This document shows positions 36,786-40,199 of a stretch of 40,199 bases of DNA, piece by piece. The stretch covers positions 1 to 40,199 of the forward strand of contig NIVC01004632.1 in the NCBI GenBank assembly GCA_002269645.1. The letters are read 5' to 3'. The DNA is from Macrostomum lignano (Eukaryota). How positions within the stretch are numbered: the first letter of the stretch is position 1; each line of letters starts with the position of its first letter. A program made the translations under genes and the position numbers. The notes under the pieces were generated by a model. That model was not told the DNA's origin, searched no databases, and saw nothing but the letters and a program-made list of their open reading frames with translations.

Positions 36786-37325
36786 TTGAGTGAGTCACGG
36801 GAATTAAGCATCACAGCTTGAGTGAGTCACGGGGATTAAACATCACATCTTAAGTGAGTCACGGGGATTAAGCATCAAAGGTTGAGTGAGTCACGGGGAT
36901 TAAGCATCACAGGTTGAGTGAGTCACGGGGATTAAGCATCAAAGGTTGAGTGAGTCACGGGGATTAAACATCAAAGGTTGAGTGAGTCACGGGGGTTAAG
37001 CATCAAAGGTTGAGTGAGTCACGGGGGTTAAGCATCAAAGGTTGGGTGAGTTACGGGGATTAAGCATCAAAGGTTGAGTGAGTCACGGGGGTTAAGCATC
37101 AAAGGTTGAGTGAGTCACGGGGATTAAGCATCAAAGCTTGAGTGAGTCACGGGGATTAAGCATCACAACTTCAGTGAGTCACGTGGATTAAACATCAGAG
37201 GTTGAGTGAGTCACGGGGATTAAGCATCAAAACTTGAGTGAGTCACGGGATTAAGCATCACAGGTTGAGTGAGTCACGGGAATCAAGCATCACAGCTTGA
37301 GTGAGTCACGGCGATTAAACATCAG
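36786..37325. repeat. 32 bp minisatellite TTGAGTGAGTCACGGGGATTAAGCATCAAAGG upstream of WNK
   Basis: About 17 copies. Confidence 0.96.
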
Positions 37326-37391
37326 AGGTTTAGTTCGTCTATCAAACTACGTGGCTATCAATCACTTCTCAACCTTGCTGGCAATTTGCAG

Positions 37392-39530
37392 TCTTCAATT
37401 CGTCTCACGGTGGAAACCTCGGCTCCAGCCGACGATGGCAGCAAGATGCCACCGCCGCCGCCGCAGTCTCTGCCAGAGATTCAAGAGCCCGTCCGACTGA
37501 GGCAATCAGCGGAGACGCCCACCGGTTCCACAGCTGCGGAAGTACTCGGCGAAGTGCACCTGTGCTACGCCAGGTCGATGGAGTCTCTTGGCGGCAGCGG
37601 CGGCGGCGGCGGCGCGTTGCCGTGGGCGGCAAAACGACAGCAGCGTCAGCAGTTTGAGCCCGCTAGGCGCGCCTTACAAAGGCGCCGCCCGGCCCGCAGT
37701 GACCCGGGCTAGAAAGATGCAACGCGTGCCGATTAGAGAAACTGTGCTCAGCCAATGCGAACCGACTGAGGCCGCCCCAGATAGTGGGCTGCAACAGCGT
37801 TTATCCGTGGGGATTTCGGCTGCTAGCGAGTGAGTCTGAGGCTATGAATCTGCGTAATGTGTTGCTTGACTTGACTTGACTCTGGGCTTGACCCAGATTG
37901 ACCCAGGCTTGACTCAGGGCTTGACCCAGATTGACCAGGGCTTGACCCAGGGCTTGACCCAGGGCTTGACCCAGGGCTTGACCCAGGGCTTGACCCAGGG
38001 CTTGACCCAGGGCTTGACCCAGGGCTTGACCCAGGGCTTGACCCAGGGCTTGACCCAGGGCTTGACCCAGGGCTTGACCCAGGGCTTGACCAGGGCTTGA
38101 CCCAGGGCTTGACCCAGGGCTTGACCCAGGGCTTGACTCATACTGACCCAGGGCTTGACCCAGGACTTGACCCAGGGCTGGACCCAGGACTTGACCCAGG
38201 GCTGGACCCAGGACTTGACCCAGGGCTGGACCCAGGACTTGACCCAGGGCTGGACCCAGGACTTGACCCAGGGCTGGACCCAGGACTTGACCCAGGGCTG
38301 GACCCAGGACTTTACCCAGGGCTGGACCCAGGACTTGACCCAGGGCTTGACCCCGGGCTTGAACCAGGGCTGGACCCAGGACTTTACCCAGGGCTGGACC
38401 CAGGACTTGACCCAGGGCTTGACCCCGGGCTTGACCCCGGGCTTGACCCCGGGCTTGACCCCGGGCTTGACCCGGGCTTGACCCCGGGCTTGACCCGGCT
38501 TGACCCAGGACTTGACCCAGAGCTGGACCCTTGAGGGCTGGACCCAGGACTTGACCCAGGGCTGGACCCAGGACTTGACCCAGGGCTGGACCCAGGATTT
38601 TTCCCTTGTCTTAATGTTTACCTATTGTTCCCTTTGTTTTACCCTTAGGTTCACCTTAAACTTGACTATGTTTTATCCCAGGCTTTGACCAAGGACTTAC
38701 GCCAAGAACTAACTCACAGTTTGACTCATCATTATTTTCAGGCGTCGTCGCGTTCTTAGCGAGACAATCTCAAGCCGGTCCAAGCAGGATAAACAGAAAG
38801 AGAAGGAACTGCAGCAACAGGAACAACAACAGCAGCCTCAGCCATCGGAGCAGCAGCAGGCAGCTGAAGCAGACGAATCTCAGACTAGTCAGCAGAGACC
38901 AGATTCTGTTGCTATGCCGCCTCCGCCGCCTGCCGTCACGACTTTCGCCGCTGCGGCGGCAGTCACTCGCCTGTTGTAGTCGAGGCAGTCCTTGAGGAGC
39001 CTTCGCCAGCCGTGTCAGCAACAGACGCAGCCGATGTCCCGGCAACAATGAACGGGCACGACGCCTCCGCTGCGCAGATCTCGACGGCTGCTTCCGTTGT
39101 AGTTTCGGCCACTTCTACTTCGATTGCATCGTCAATAACAACGAATGCCACAACATCAACGACAGTTGCTTTCGCCGCTGCCGCCGTCGCCGCAGTCGCC
39201 ACACCGCCGCATGCCGCCTCCGAGAAGGAGCGCGAAATCAACAACAAGAAGGCAGCGAAATCGCGGGAAGAGAAGGCCAAAGAGCGGGAGCGCAAACGGG
39301 AGGAGCAGATGTGGCGCCGGCACCAGATGGAGCTGCAGTTGAAACAGCGGGGCATCGCCGTCAGCCCCTGCGGTCGGTGGATTAAGCACAATATTAAATG
39401 CGGCGAAGGCGCCTACAAGCGAGTCTACAGGGGCTACGATCGGGAGCAGGGCCGGCCCATTGCCTGGTGCGAGCTCAAGTTTCACGTGGGCAAGGATAAG
39501 CCAGCTGAGAGGGAGCAGGTTCGCAAGGAG
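37392..39530 (+). CDS. WNK: WNK-family Ser/Thr kinase, 5' part: exons 37392..37829 and 38742..39530; two apparent frameshifts (~37612, ~38954); continues beyond the window
   Basis: SPCGRWIKHNIKCGEGAYKRVYRGYDREQGRPIAWCELK has the WNK signature (Lys in the Gly-loop, Cys in the AWCEL subdomain II). Splice sites: TTTGCAG|37392, 37829|GTGAGT, TTTTCAG|38742, 39530|GTGAGC. Confidence 0.85.
37870..38600. repeat. 12 bp array GGGCTTGACCCA grading into the 24 bp dimer GGGCTGGACCCAGGACTTGACCCA, WNK intron
   Basis: Direct inspection. Confidence 0.96.
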
Positions 39531-39534
39531 GTGA

Positions 39535-40155
39535 GCAGTAGCTGATGCCTGACCCACTGTAGCTGATGCCTGACCCACTGTAGCTGATGCCTGACCCACT
39601 GTAGCTGATGCCTGACCCACTGTAGCTGATGCCTGACCCACTGTAGCTGATGCCTGACCCACTGTAGCTGATGCCTGACCCACTGTAGCTAATGCCTGAC
39701 CCACTGTAGCTAATTCCTGACCCACTGTAGCTAATGCCTGACCCACTGTAGCTAACGATTGACCCATCCCAGCTATCATCCTGACCCATCCAGCTATCAT
39801 CCTGACCAATCTCAGCTATCATCCTGACCAATCTCAGCTATCATCCTGACCCATCTCAGCTATCATCCTGACCCATCTCAGCTATCATCCTGACCCATCT
39901 CAGCTATCATCCTGACCCATCTCAGCTATCATCCTGACCCATCTCAGCTATCATCCTGACCCATCTCAGCTATCATCCTGACCCATCTCAGCTATCATCC
40001 TGACCCATCTCAGCTTTCATCCTGACCCATCTCAGCTTTCATCCTGACCCATCTCAGCTTTCATCCTGACCATCTCAGCTTTCATCCTGACCCATCTCAG
40101 CTATCATTCTGACCCATCTCAGCTATCATTCTGACCCATCTCAGCTATCATCCTC
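39535..40155. repeat. 21 bp array GTAGCTGATGCCTGACCCACT followed by the related 22 bp array CTCAGCTATCATCCTGACCCAT, WNK intron
   Basis: Starts within a few nt of the donor; switch at ~39760. Confidence 0.96.
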
Positions 40156-40199
40156 AACCAGCGCTTGCCGAAGCACTTGACTGGCCAAATTCATCCCAT

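Overview
Eukaryotic (metazoan) genomic DNA with GC-rich exons, GT-AG introns and about 27 distinct micro/minisatellite arrays. The style resembles a free-living flatworm such as Macrostomum, but that is an inference and was not verified. Genes reconstructed by hand: the last exon of ERCC2/XPD (+); complete SPTLC1 (+, 4 exons); an RGS9BP/R9AP-like RGS anchor protein (-, one coding exon); a 91-aa two-exon secreted neuropeptide precursor absent from the ORF track (+); complete ATP6V1H (+, 8 coding exons); and the 5' part of a WNK-family kinase (+, two apparent frameshifts). Mobile DNA: an ITm/IS630-type transposon nested in the last codon of a decayed Tc1 element, Penelope-like and RTE-like fragments, and MITE-like elements. 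The most unusual signals are (1) the C-x8-C allatostatin-C/MCH/elevenin-like neuropeptide gene with an E-box-rich TATA/Inr promoter, (2) two divergently oriented histone-type 3' stem-loops flanking a CCAAT/GC/TATA-like region with no histone ORF, (3) an RFX X-box promoter plus an X-box-built minisatellite at the R9AP-like gene, (4) operon-like polyA-to-acceptor spacing, and (5) a different minisatellite beside most exons. Most long ORFs in the supplied track are repeat artefacts. All homology calls are from recalled motifs; no database searches were run.
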